From the NCBI GenBank assembly GCA_030704615.1, contig CM060733.1, positions 6,758,001 through 6,822,000 on the forward strand: a DNA stretch of 64,000 bases. Direction: 5' to 3'. This document shows, piece after piece, positions 25,128 through 38,357 of the stretch (position 1 is its first letter; the number at the start of each line of letters is the position of its first letter). A model generated the notes under the pieces. The model saw only the letters and a program-made list of their open reading frames with translations, was not told the origin of the DNA and made no database searches. The translations under genes and the position numbers were made by a program. Source of the stretch: Takakia lepidozioides (lineage: Eukaryota > Plantae > Bryophyta).

Positions 25128-26952
25128 ATCAATTATGAAATCCATGACAAAGAACTTCTAGCGATTATCGATGCTTTTGAGGAGTGACGTCATCTATTGG
25201 AGGGAGCTAAACATCAGGTCACTGTCTATACCGATCACAAAAACCTCGAATATTTTTATGAGTGCTTGTGTTTTGAATCGACGTCAAGCGAGATGGAGTA
25301 TGTCACTAGCAAGGTTTGATTTTGTTATTACCTACCGTCCCAGACATCTTCAAGGAAAACCAGATGCTCTTTCTCGACGATCGTATCTTGCGTCAAAAGA
25401 AGGGGATACAGCTTTTGACCAACAGAAATCCATCATCTTGAAACCAGCAAATCTCCAATTGAATATGTTATCCATGTCCACCTATGACGATGCCGAGATC
25501 ATAAAGGAGATTCAGGAGGCACTGAAGAGTGACCAATTCGCTATGACACTACGAAGTCAAGTAAATCGACCTCGAGACAACCCACATGTTACAAACGACT
25601 TCGAGTTCAAAGTTGACTTACTTTATTTCAAGGGACTTCTCTATGTACCTCCAGGATCTACACGACTTCGAATTCTTCAAACATGTCATGATCTTCCGGT
25701 TGCAGGACATTTCGGCTTCAACAAAACAATGGAATTGATATCCAGGGACTATTGGTGGCCGCAGATGTGGAAACTCGTGAAAGAATTTATAAAATCTTGC
25801 GACACGTGTGCTAGAGCGAAAGGACCACGACATCGACCTTACGGCCTTCTTCAACCATTACCCATTCCCAAGGGTCCATGGTCGTCCGTGTCTATGGACT
25901 TTATTACGGACCTTCCAATCTCCAAGATCACTGATTCAATCTTTGTTATTGTAGATCGTTTTACGAAGATGACACATTTCATTTCATGTAATAAGACAAT
26001 TACCGGCGAGGAAACTGCAAGACTCTTCCTCAATAATATCTACCGCATTCATGGACTCCCGAAGGACATCGTATCTGATCGAGGACCACAGTTCATATCA
26101 AATTTCTGGAGGGGATTATTTCACATATTAGATACTAAGATCAACCTTTCTACAGCTAATCATCCACAGACTGATGGTCAAACCGAACGTGTAAACGAGA
26201 TTTTGGAGCAGTATCTTCGCTGTACGATAAATTATCACCAAGATAATTGGACGGACCTTCTGTCATTGGCTGAGTTTGCCTACAACAACACTATACATTC
26301 TTCGACCCAACAAACTCCATTTTTCTCCAATTATGGTCATCATCCTCGAGCCAACCCTTTCCACATGAAGACTGTTGGAAGCCCTGCTGCAGAAAACCTT
26401 ACTACTCATCTTGCTACGATTTACAAGGAGCTTACATTTCACCTCGCAAAAGCTCAAAAACAATACAAGGAGTATGCAGATCAACGTCGTCAACTCCAAC
26501 CCCAGTTCAAGGTCGGAGATCGTGTGTGGCTTCTTCGACGGGACATACAAACCTCGCGACCATCAAGGAAGTTGGATTATCAACGTCTGGGCCCATTCAA
26601 AATTATTCGACAAATAAATCCGGTCAATTTTCGGCTTGAACTCCCACGAAGTATGCGCATCCATCCAGTCTTTCATATTTCATTATTGGAGTTGTATCAT
26701 CCATCGAATATTCCAGGGAGAGTTTCCATACCATCTCCACGAATCGAAGTCAATCAGAAAATTGAGTATGAAGTCGACGAAGTCATAGACTCTCGCATCA
26801 AGTATAAACGTCTTGAGTATTTCATACATTGGAAAGGCTACGACATCAGCGAACGAACGTGGGAACCTTCATCCAACCTCGCCAATGCATCTGACAAAGT
26901 CCAAGAGTTTCATCAACGATATCCAGCTAAGCTCCGAGCTACACGTCAATAA
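25128..26952 (+). pseudogene. 5'-truncated pol copy (part of RNase H, integrase, chromodomain)
   Basis: Near-identical reverse complement of 20542-22365; it starts abruptly at INYEIHDKELL. Confidence 0.95.
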
Positions 26953-27098
26953 GACGTCACAACGATGATGTCAACCAAGTTAGCTTCAAGGTGAAGACTC
27001 CGAATTCAATGTACCTGATACACGCTAAGGAGGGAGGAGCACCACACATCAGTATATATAGCTACACTCCCAACACTCTTGCATCTTGTATTGGCAGT

Positions 27099-27500
27099 AT
27101 GGAGTCGCAGGAACCAGATACATTGGAGTTGTCGCTTACCCAGCTACCAGATCAGCCGTCCCGACTCTCACGACCTTCAACATCACGCCGACGCTCTCGA
27201 GACGATGGGCCACCAATGCGACGCGTACTTCCTCGTCTGAACCCCATACGACGGCAAGTGGAGCCTACTCGAAGTCTGATAATTCTGTTGGAGGTTGAGG
27301 CTTCGGACCCAGAGGGCAACAAAATCATGTTTGAAGGCAACTTCGAAAATCAGAATGCTCAAATCACTGCGTGGTCCCAAGTTCAAGGTGATGGACATTA
27401 TCGATGGTTGCATGGACCTATAAATCATTTGAGTCAAGAACGAAGAGCCGAATACTTGGCAAGTACCATTCGCCGGATTTTGGATTTTCTCCAACTCTAA
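27099..27500 (+). CDS. Extra 133-aa ORF between pol stop and PPT (copy 2)
   Basis: ATG at 27099, TATATATA at ~27053, and open in both copies. Confidence 0.5.
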   Translation: MESQEPDTLELSLTQLPDQPSRLSRPSTSRRRSRDDGPPMRRVLPRLNPIRRQVEPTRSLIILLEVEASDPEGNKIMFEGNFENQNAQITAWSQVQGDGHYRWLHGPINHLSQERRAEYLASTIRRILDFLQL

Positions 27501-28519
27501 GCAAGTCCAAGATTTTACCGCTCCTCGAGGACCTCGGCGCTAGAGGAGGGGGCGATGTCACGGACATAGCCCAGAAGAGCTTACCAGGAGTAAATACCAG
27601 AAGTTACCAAGTTACCATGTTACCAAAAGTTATCACGACTTACCGTGATTTATCATGATCTACCATGATTTACCATTACTTATCAAGTTACCGTGAGTTT
27701 ACCAAATTACCAAGAGTAACTTGGGAAACTACTCAGGAAGCTTCATTTGGAGGAAACTTCTCCAGCAAGAAACCTCCATAGGGGAAGCTTCTTGGGGAAG
27801 CTTCTTAGTAGCCAGTATATATAGGAGGCGAGACTGGACACTCTTCAGTCTCGCCAACACCTGTTCAAGCTACTCTTGTTTCCAGTTTCCAATACTCCAG
27901 TCCAGTTCCCAGTACCCTAGCCCAGTTTCCAGTATCTGGTACTCCAGTCCAGTTTCTAGCATTCCAGTATTCAAGTCGTGTTCCAATATCTTGTACTCTT
28001 GTTCATTGTTATAAAGATTGTCTTGATTCATATTTACTCATCGTGCATTCGGCCACGCCGACCTTGACTTCTTGTCTAGCCTTGTACCAGTCCAGTTTCC
28101 AGCATTCCAGTATTCAAGTCGTGTTCCAATATCTTATACTCTTGTTCATTGTTATAAAGATCGTCTTGATTCCTATTTACTCATCGTGCATTCGGCCACG
28201 CCGACCTTGACTTCTTGTCTAGCCTTGTACCTCTAGTCTTATCTCTTGTTTGTGTTCAGTCACATTCTCGTCCTTGACACTACCCAAATGTCAAGGGAAA
28301 AAAAACTATCCTCAGAAATAAGAAACAAAGTCTCTGTAGAATGCATTTTCCTTCTAGATGTTGCATGTCTCTATGGATATAGGTGTGCACCCACGGTATT
28401 AGGCCCAACATCTTCCACGATTCCATCCACGGCTGGGCTGGGTTGTGCGTCATGTGACGTCAGCCTACGTGGCTATAAGCCCAAGTGACGTCAGCGTAGG
28501 CTCACACGCTCACGTGGCC

Positions 28520-30100
28520 AGGCTCACATGAAGGCATCCCTCTCAATGGTCTGCCCAGTATCCATACAAATCAAAGGGAAGAGAGCGAGATAGTCACTGG
28601 TTGATTTAGTGGTGGGGGGTTTCATGTTTTTTGTTTGAGAGGACCAATAGCAGATTCTAACTGGAGTATGTGGAAGTTTTGGGAATGTTTGCGGTGTGTG
28701 GTCTTGAATATTCAGGGTCATTGTGCATGGGTCTATATGGAAGGAGTAAGCCTTGAGGTGATGGTCGGAGCTGACTAACACAAACAGAATTGTGAGTGTG
28801 TTGTTTATGATGTCCAGTGTCTAGAAGTTAGAAGTAGGTGTGGAAGGTCCCATATTAAGTAAATTGATCCTCGTAGGTGGAATGATTGGATAATGGTATC
28901 ATACCCATGATTCAGTCTGATTCTGCCAACTGTGGCGGAGATGGAGTCTCTAAGAATAAGGTAACCATTAGACCAGCCTTTGCCTTCCCAGACTGACCAC
29001 TTTTTGGATGAGTTCCTTTGGGCCTATGTGGCAGAACTGGAGCAAATTAGGAAGAGTGGTTATCTGAGTGTTTCCTCGTACGAGTCAGGCTCTGCTTTTA
29101 GGAGGAATGGACGGAGTTTCGCCCATGCCTGCCATATCGCAACCCATAAAGGGGGCCCCGAGCTTTGTGCTTGAAACCATTTGCAATCCAACGAAGGGAG
29201 GGCTACCAATGCACTGACTTGAGGGGGGAGGCTAAGGCTATGTTGTCAGCTACCAAGAATTTCCACCAAACCCCTTCAGGTCCCAGGAATCTGGGAATCC
29301 ATTTGCCTAACAATGTTGTTATCTGTGTTTCAGGATCAATAATCCCTAGTCCCCTCCCTTCTTCTTGGGGAGGCATATCTGTTTCTAAGAGATTTCCACG
29401 GCAGATGATTTCATTTGTGCCTCCAGGACATTGCAGATGTTTTTGGTGAATGTGGGACATGGCGGGAAATGATGGAGCCGTGAAGTTAGAGCAGCATGAG
29501 CTCTACATGATCGAGAGCACTTCATTGACATATTTTGATAAATACATAGGCAGGATATGAGAGGGCCGTCTGTCTTAGGATTGCGGCGCTGCATTATACT
29601 TGGTGGTTTTAATTTACGGCAACATATGGTTTTGTGTCATTGATGAGCTCTGGCATACCAATGAGAGCAGACGAAATATTAAGATAGGTTGTCGGCCCAA
29701 TATCCATGGCGGCACACATTGATAGAATGGAGGCGGTAGTAGGAAGGGTTGCATATAGAGGCCGACGGGCCAAGCAAAAGGCCTTCTTATGGTTTTTGGA
29801 GAGAAGTTGCACAGGCAGAAAGGGTAGAGGAGAGAAGGAATGAAGGAATTGAGAGATGTAGCATTGTGGTGAACATGGCTGGCCGTATTGTTGATTATTT
29901 TCAAATATCATTCGGGATGAGTCTTCTGCTGGGATCTTTCACGTAATTTCTTTTCAAGCTCTGCACTTGTTCATAGTGTCATAGAGTTACCTAACCAAAT
30001 AGTATTCATTCTGAATGAGTCCAGGGGAGTAGACGTGGGAACCTCTGATGTAATTCTTGTTAAAGCCAACTGTTGTACTCGCGGGTATTTCAATGCCGAG
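28520..30100 (-). mobile_element. Decayed L1/Tx1-like LINE (C-terminal RT region)
   Basis: PQEEGRGLGIIDPETQITTLLGKW matches the typical L1 post-RT GGLG motif; there are many stops. Confidence 0.6.
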
Positions 30101-30203
30101 CTCCCATGATGGATTTCAGTGATCAACGCAATGGCGACAAGGTGTGCACGATTCTGTTCTCATGGATGATTTGAACTTTGCAGGTTGAAGGAAGGTAAAA
30201 ATC

Positions 30204-30223
30204 AGAGAGAGAGAGAGAGAGAG
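30204..30223. repeat. (AG)n microsatellite
   Basis: Direct reading. Confidence 0.9.
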
Positions 30224-31493
30224 AACGAGGGTGCTCCGGATGGGTGTCAAGCCACAATGATATGGAAATGTAGGATGTCATCATAGGTACTTGTATTTGA
30301 TGACGCCCTAGGCATAGATGCATGTTCATTGTTTGAGATAAGAAAGGAACTTTGGCAAAGGCAATCACATGCGTCACGACAATCGTGTCGACAGACATGC
30401 TAGGGAAAAAACTCTTGGCCGCAATAGAGAGAGCCTTATCAACTTCTGCCAAAAGATTGGGCTTAGTGAGCATATAGAAATTAGGAGTAAACACGAAATA
30501 ACCCTCAAGCACAATGTGTGTGAGGCCTAAGAACGCAAACCAACACATCAAGTCACAACGTACTCTTTCCTGCACCCACACCCAGGATGCGTAAGCCTTT
30601 AGGATCAGCTGCTCTTTGCACCCAAGCACTTGCTCTACAAGATCATCTACCACAGACTAAATAATTTAGTTGGGCTAGTACCAATAAAAAGATCCATCCA
30701 TTGCTGCACCTGAGTATTCCCATTGATATGGTCAGGTAACACCAACCAAACTTACACATTTCGATTTCTCAATTGGGCAGCCATTCATGTAAGAGAAAAA
30801 GCAAGGAAAACCTGAGATAAGACACACCAATAATACCGAGGAGAGACACCCCCCTAACCAAAGAGAATGAAGAACCTAGGAAGCTCCATACTCTGCAAAT
30901 AGTAAGGATGCAACGCCTCCATCTTCGTCGCCTCCACGCTTGAGAGAGGAATCTGCCTTTCCGTAAAACCGTGCTCTAAGCATTTCTTTTGTATTTTTGT
31001 AGTTTTGAAGGACATTTTAAGGCAGAACTCTCCCCCCGCCAGCACGTGCGAGAGTGGGTTCCAGAACACGCGCGGAACCACCATCGTGCCAAGGTGGGAG
31101 CAGATGTTCCACCATCCTGTGTACTCTAAGCTGCGGAAAGTCCTGGCCATGGACTTTCCATGGCCCTTGGGCTCGGTTAAACCTTAAACAGAGGATTTGG
31201 GCTCGACTATGCAAGCTTAAGATACAAAGCAATGTGGGCAAAAACAAGCGGTGAGGTGGCGGCCTGTGGAAAAGCGCAGCAGGCGATAGCGAATGGGATG
31301 GCGTGGCGCCACACCACGCCCAATGGCGTGCGAGAGCGCGATCTCGCGCTATCCCGCAGGCACCCTGGCCGCTGGCCTGCGCTGCTCGCCTTATCCTCCG
31401 TCGCTGTGCTCGCATCTGCTCTGCGAGGAGAATCTCACAACAGAGCCCACACAGAGTTTGCAAGCTTGGGCCAGGTGAGGAAGGGGGAAAGAG

Positions 31494-33274
31494 ATGGCGA
31501 CAGCAATGGCATGCACGCGGCTTGCTGCGGCCCCTTCCTTGGCCGTGGTGCAAAGATCCCGTTTTTTTGGCAGCTCAAGCTCTGTGGCCATGGTGGCTTG
31601 CAGCAATGGCAGCAGGGTGAGCATGTCTGCTGAGTGGCTGCCCGGTCAGCCCCGGCCTTCCTACCTTGACGGGACTGCTCCTGGGTATGTTCCCTTTCCA
31701 ATGCATGCCAATGCCCTGTCTGCTAGCGATTTGCCTTTGAGGTTCTAGGAGTTTCTCACCTAATCGGGGCATCAGTTCGGTGGCTGTAATTCTTGTGTCA
31801 GTGTTCGGGAACTGAATGTATACCTTTGAGGAATATCCTATGTCGGTTTCCGAAGGAAACGATGTGGCCTTGGTATTGGTATCCGTGGGATCATGGGTTT
31901 GCCGATATGAAAGGCATTCAAATTGAAGTGGTAGAGGTTCGTATCATTGTGATTCCTTCTGCAATCAATGGTAACGTCTCGTTGGAGCTTCATAAGCTGT
32001 GAACGTAGACCTTTTTGACCTCGGTGCTAATCCACCACGTATGTAAGTCACTGCAGTTTCAGACTTGAATTTAAGTGAAGCTGCTTTCAGATGCTCACAG
32101 GACTCGAGTCTTGCATGGTTGCAGAGATTTTGGATTTGATCCCCTCGGACTCGGCGAGGTTCCCGAGAACCTGGAACGCTACAAAGAATCTGAGCTCATC
32201 CACTGCCGCTGGGCTATGCTTGCCATAGTAAGTAATTGCCTGCAATCTTGTCGTAATAGGTAGAGCACACTGGATCTGTATGGTTGGACGGGTGTTTGCA
32301 ATCAGCAATGCCAGTATGGCATGAGTATGGTATCCAGGTCAAATGTGAAACCCCTGGGGTACTAGCTCTACCAACGATTCTACAGATATGTGCAATTCAT
32401 CAGCACATCTGTATCTATTTTGTGCCAATGAGATGCATCTTATAGTCTATAAATGGCACTTGATGTGAAGGTCGTCCCAAGCATGAAGGAGCTAATTGAG
32501 TGGTAAATTTTCAGACCACATATTTCATTGATATTTAGCTCTTGGAATGACTGAAGTGATATGTGTGTGGGTTGTCTTCATGCAGCCTGGAATTTTGATT
32601 CCAGAGGCGCTTGGCCTGGGAAACTGGGTGTCAGCACAGAAGTGGGCAGCTGTACCTAATGGTCAGGCCACATATATGGGTCAGCCAGTGCCTTGGGGCA
32701 CTCTTCCAATCATCCTTGCCATTGAGGCCATTGCTATTGCTTTTGTTGAGGCCAAGAGGAACGAAGAGCCTGACGCAGAGAAGAGGAAATACCCAGGCGG
32801 TGCCTTTGATCCTTTGGGATTCTCCAAAGATCCCAAGAAATTTGAGGAGTTTAAGCTCAAAGAGATTAAGAATGGTACGTCAGTACTGTTGTTTATGTCT
32901 TTGTAGCTGTCAGAGTGCCTCCTCTCCTGGATGCCAAAAGTTTGAATGTGCATCAGAGAGTTTACTAAGTGGCTTGTTTCCTCATGCCAGTATGGAGTGT
33001 GCATATGTTAGGTGATATCTACTTCAGGGTGTTGTAGCACTGTGGGGCATACTTTGCACCATTTAAAAGTTACAGAACTCGCACATATCCAATTTTCTCA
33101 AAAAATCTTTTGTCTGGCTGTGCAGGTCGCTTGGCTCTTCTTGCATTTGTTGGATTCTCAGTGCAGGCTATTGCTTATCCTGGAACAGGACCACTTGAGA
33201 ACTTAGCTACCCACTTGGCTGACCCATGGCACAAGAACATTGCAGACATTGTCATCCCTCGATCCATTCTGTAG
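31494..33274 (+). CDS. LHCA1: Photosystem I light-harvesting chlorophyll a/b-binding protein Lhca1; exons 31494-31684, 32125-32227, 32586-32874, 33126-33274
   Basis: Transit peptide, then [29 protein letters not shown]...[13 protein letters not shown]...[11 protein letters not shown]...[13 protein letters not shown]...[17 protein letters not shown]. All introns are GT-AG with matching phases. Confidence 0.97.
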
Positions 33275-33789
33275 ATCAAAAGCTTGTTTGTAACTTGGTA
33301 GGCCTAGTGTAGAAGTTGGGTTTTCTTCTCTTCCCCTGTGATGGTTGCTTTCTCCATGCCAATGTACTATCATCTTCGAGGCTTTGCAAATGCCTGCCTC
33401 CTTTGTATACACACCATCTTTTAACCTCTTTCATCATGTTTGTATGTTGCTTACTGGATTACGTCTAATTTGATTCGGTCTAGCTTCAAGTCGCCTTGGT
33501 GTGTTGCCATGGTTGACCTGACTCTCAGATTCGGCAGGCTACTATGTTGACTTCCACACCTGTTTCACAGGTAACAAGTGTTTAGGGTTTTCCTAAGTAA
33601 CAAACATCCGGGTCAGTATTCGTCACATGGAGCTAATTGGTAATCACTTGGGAATGCAAGTAGCTAGGTAATGTACCTCAATTGCTATCGGGGGACAAGC
33701 GTCATATGTACATGTACGTGTTCTGGCCACAGTAAGAGAAGAGTCTACGTCAAGCTTGTGTCCACTTGTGTAAGTAGTACTCAAGGTGT

Positions 33790-36700
33790 CTAATGGCTTG
33801 ATCTGATTATCCTCAACATGTCCACAACCACACGCATGTCAGGCCTGCCAGAAGGCAAGTCCTTGGTGCAGAGGACAGCCACTCTGAGGAGACGGAGCAT
33901 CTCGGTCTTCTGCACGTCTGTGGCCTCTCGGACTAGCTCGCGATCCAGAACCACTTCACTAAGATTTCCAGGGAATTTTTCGACATAGGTCCCAACCCAG
34001 GGTACAATGTGCATGGAGTCGCCAAAGCTGGCATCAACAGGTTTCCTCCCTGTCAGAAGCTCCAGCAACACTACTCCAAAGCTGTAAATGTCGACTTTAT
34101 GGGTTACCCGAGTTCCGAAGCCATACTCTGCAGATACCGTATCACAAAGGAAAATTTTAGTGATTGAGTCAAGTCTACACCACAATTACAGGTGACTTAT
34201 ACTAATTACGGTGGTACAAAATAGCAGATTTACACTGTTCGGCACCCCCGGCCCACGCATTCATGATTCAGAATTTTAAACATGCAGGTGAACCTCCCTG
34301 CTGACCACTTTAACTTGGCAAAGTTGCCAGTGCAGGCCAGTTCTGAAAAGGTGTAGTAGATTCTTGAACGACGAATGAATGTGAGTATAGCTAGTGCTAA
34401 GGAATACGTACCAGGGGCAATGTAGCCATATGTGCCAGCAAAAACTGATGTCGAGGTTGTAAGGTCGTCGTTCGGGTTGAGGGCCATCACCTTCGCAATC
34501 CCAAAGTCCGCAATACGGGGCTCCAGATCTGAGTCAAGAAGAATGTTACTGGACTTAATGTCTCGATGAACGATTGGGGGAACATAGTCATGATGTAGAT
34601 ACGCTAAACCGTGTGCTATACCCTCAGCTATTCTGAATCTCGCATTCCAATCTAGAATGGGTGGGCCCGGGGGCTTCTTACTATGCAATGTCTCACTCAA
34701 GTTTCCATTTGGAACGTAAGTGTACAGCAGCAACCCAGTTTCTTCCCATTTGCAAAATGCCAGAAGTTTCACTAAATTGCGATGCTTAGCTTTCCCAATG
34801 GTCTCTATTTCCCTTAGAAAACTTGTGTGTATTTGCTGGTTCTTGTCTAATGGCCCTATTTTCTTCACAACAATCATGCTCCCTGATGCCAAGGTACCCT
34901 TGTAGACTGTGCCATGAGCACCCTTCCCAATGATGAATTCGTCACTGAAATTTTCCGTGGCTTCCATGATTTCACTGATGGTTAATCCACAACCATTCAA
35001 CGCTGTACTAGTAACTTGGCAGTTCTTGATTTCTCCATGCGAGTCGTGAGATCTCCTCCGACCAAAAATGCACCAGGTCACAAGGCCACATCCAAGCACG
35101 AAGATGGCACACGAGCTTATAACTATGGCAACCACCACCCCAGTGCGAAGCTCCGTTTTGCTTCCGGATGGGGACATTGTGGCTATGCACGTCGCACCAT
35201 TCTGTGAATATGTCAGGCACAACCCCCTGTTGTCAATGAACGAGCTTGGAGATGAACTTAGAAAGTTCTGTACCCATGATGTTGGAAGTGACCCCGTAAG
35301 ATGGTTGTACGAGACATTCACTTGAGTTAAAGCTGGCATGTTGCCCAATTGAGACGGGATTTGACCCGATAGATTATTCTGTGAAAGATCCAGTATTTCC
35401 AACAAGCTCAAGCTTCCCAGAACGGAGGGAATCTCCCCCGAAAATTCATTCTGGCTCAGGTTGAGCTGCACAAGGTCTGGGAGTTGTCCAATTCCTTCGG
35501 GAATGGGTCCTTCGAATCTGTTGCTTCCCAGGTGAAGAACCGATAGCTTCTGAGAAGTCCCTGGAAACAAGTCCGGGGCCACGCCTGCCAGCTGGTTCCC
35601 TTGCAAGCTCAGATACTGTAACTCTGACAAGTTTCCAAGCTCCAACGGGAGGGTTCCGTTGAGCATATTGTTGCTCAAGTCCAGATTGTAGAGCTTCTTG
35701 CACTTTTCAAGGGTAGAAGGAATGGCACCAGCGAAAAAATTTGACGACAAATTCAGATCTTGAAGATTTGGAAGCAGACCAAATTCCAGGGCTGCGATAT
35801 CTCCAGAGAAATTGTTGGACCCAAGTGCCAGGAAGGTAAGACTGCTTCCCGCTCCTAGCCCAGGAGGTATATGACCTTGCAGTCTGTTGGATGTCAACTC
35901 CAGATAGTTCAAGTTTGTGTTGTTCTTTCCAAAGTCACTGGGGATCATGCCTGTGAAACGATTGTAACCAGCGCGAAATCTTTTCAGAGATGTGCAGTTT
36001 GCCAGCTCCTCTGGGATGCTCCCTTCCATCATATTCCATTGCACATCTATAAACTCTAAGTGTTCTCCGGAACATATCCCTGACGGAAGAGATCCAGCGA
36101 GCGAGTTATTCTTGAGATCCAAAAATATAAAGGAAGTATTTCTACCAAGGCCGGATGGAATCTTGCCCGTAAGATGATTATCAAACGCATATATGTATTG
36201 CAGGTTTTCCAACGCTTCGATCTCAGGGGGCAGGGAGCCTGAGAGATTGTTGGAGTTTAGGGCAAGAATTTTGAGGCTGGTACAATTCCCAATCGTCGCG
36301 GGAATGATGCCTGTCAGAGCATTGAACGACAGTGTAAGATTCACCACATTCGTCAGTTTCCCAACCTCGTTAGTGATTGCACCTGTGAGGAGATTGTTCT
36401 CGAGATACAAATTTGTGAGCGTTGTGCAGTTGAAAATCTGTGGGGGGATGCTTCCTGTCAACGTACAGTTATGGGCGTCTAAGACTTGCAGCTGACTCAG
36501 ATTTCCAAGTGAAGGTGGAATGGTTGCACCATTGAAGTTGTTCGAATACAACTGCAAGTCTGTCAAGTTAGAACAGCTCCCCAGCTCCGATGGAATGGGC
36601 CCAGTAAGCTGATTTTGGTAGAGGTGAAGAACCGATAAATTTGACAGGCGGCCCAATTCCCGAGGTATGCTGCCTGTGAGGCTGTTGTTTCCCAGGTAGA

Positions 36701-38277
36701 GATATTGAAGAGCTGAGCAGTTTCCCAGGCCCGGTGGAATAATGCCTGAGACGAAGTTGTCCTGGAGATCAAGATCGTATAATTGCGTCAGAGAACCAAT
36801 CTCTTTTGGTATGTTACCAGTAAGCGAATTGCTGCTCAAGAGAATCTCATAGAGATTTGGGGCGTTCATCAATGTCGGAGGTATGAAACCCGTGAAAAAA
36901 TTGATGTGCATCCAGATAGCAGAAATGTTTTGGAGTCTCCCCAAGGCTTCCAAACCTGAAGATGAAAGGTTCAAAGAAAGATTCAGTGCCGTATACATGT
37001 ACACACTATATAAATATAAATTTCCATTAGAATACCCAGGTGCCCACCTCGTAGTACATGAAAAGTCTTCCTTCCCAGCAATCTTGATAGTTAGGGAAGA
37101 GGCAAGCTAACATCATTCAATAATCCGATGGGGAAGTCGACTTCCCCAGTTCGTGCTGTACAATTCGAGGTCCTGGTTTACTAGGGTCACCGGCCCGAAA
37201 AGGGTTTCCCTCACATTTGATAAGCAGTTCAATACCCGAAGTGCCATTTTATATCCGCCGATTGACATGTAATTAAAATTCCGGGCACAGATTACACGAA
37301 GGCAGGAAAGATGAGGGCCAGCCAAGCAGAGTGTAAGCGTATATGGCTAATTTAATCATGTCAGCAGTGCAGGGCCATCTTTCTCACACGAAGGAGCGAT
37401 ACAGGTCTGTGCAAGCAGTCCATTGCCGAAAGATAGACATCTGGATTTAGAGATGAAAATTTCGTAACTTCTAAGTTCAGTTCGATGCTATCTGCATTTC
37501 TTGGGCCGGGGGAGAAATGCACATTTGAACAAGCACAAGTCCACAGTTAGTTCTAGAACTCTGCTGTCTGTAACCCAAGTGCTCTAGACAGTTTTAAAAT
37601 CTATATTATCTACAGCTTGTGCATGCAGAAGGCATATGATTCGGAAGGCCTAGGGTGCATGACATACCTGAAGTGATATTGCCTGTGAGCCCATTGCAGT
37701 ATAGGTAGATCTGCTGAAGACTTACAATATTGAAGATCTCTGAAGGGACAGTGCCAGTAAGGAGGTTGTTTGGTAGGTTTAGCACCTGGAGTTGGTGGCA
37801 ATTACCCAGCTCTTTTGGAATAGTTTCAGAGAGACTATTCGAATCCAAGTACAATACTTGGAGCTCACTGCAATTCCCGAACTCCTTCGGGATAAATCCA
37901 GACAATCTATTGTACGTCAAATCAAGCTCCTGCAAGCTTTCAAGCCTACCTAGGCTAGGAGAGATGGTGCCTGAAATATTTTGCCCGGTCAAGTCCAGTT
38001 TCCACACTGTGTAACCATCCTGGAGGCATGAGACACCTGTCCAATTGCACGGTGATTGATCTGAGGCACGCCAGTTATTGAGTGCAGGAGACGACTTGGT
38101 GAGGCCATTCTTGAACTCCAGTAGTGCCTCCCCATCCTTGGACACCCCTTGTGCTCCGACGGCTGCCAAAATCACTAGTATTGCTGCAAAATGAGCGGCA
38201 GCCAGAAAAGAAGTGACACCCGCGACCGATCCTCCCAGACAGGATTGCATGATCCCAGATGGGCTTGTGAAAGTCAT
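33790..38277 (-). CDS. Leucine-rich repeat receptor-like kinase (LRR-XI-like, PEPR/GSO-type architecture); exons 38277(or 38250)-37668, 36955-34412, 34127-33790
   Basis: Signal peptide, LRRNT (PCNWTGVSC), many plant LRRs, TM helix, and a kinase with GKGAHG, VKK, HRDIKSSN, DFG, GTYGYIAP|EY. Splice sites are in phase. Confidence 0.95.
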
Positions 38278-38357
38278 GCGGTGATAGAGATCAAGGGCTG
38301 CTATGCCTCGTCAACATGGAATCGCTGCAAAGACGCGCCTGAGAATGATCTAAATTC

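Larger units (their letters stand above)
18907..28279. mobile_element. Composite Ty3/gypsy chromovirus (Tcn1-like) with internal inverted copy; single 5-bp TSD CTACC
   Basis: TG at 18907 and CA at 28279, with CTACC at 18902-18906 and 28280-28284. Structure: U3 (+) 18907-19237; full LTR (-) 19238-19938; pol/gag (-) to PBS 25114-25126; RNaseH-IN (+) from 25128; PPT 27542-27555; LTR (+) 27556-28279. Confidence 0.92.

Noticed and set aside
30854-31772. Overlapping GC-rich ORFs around the Lhca1 start
   Set aside because: Alternative-frame or antisense artefacts of the promoter and exon 1.
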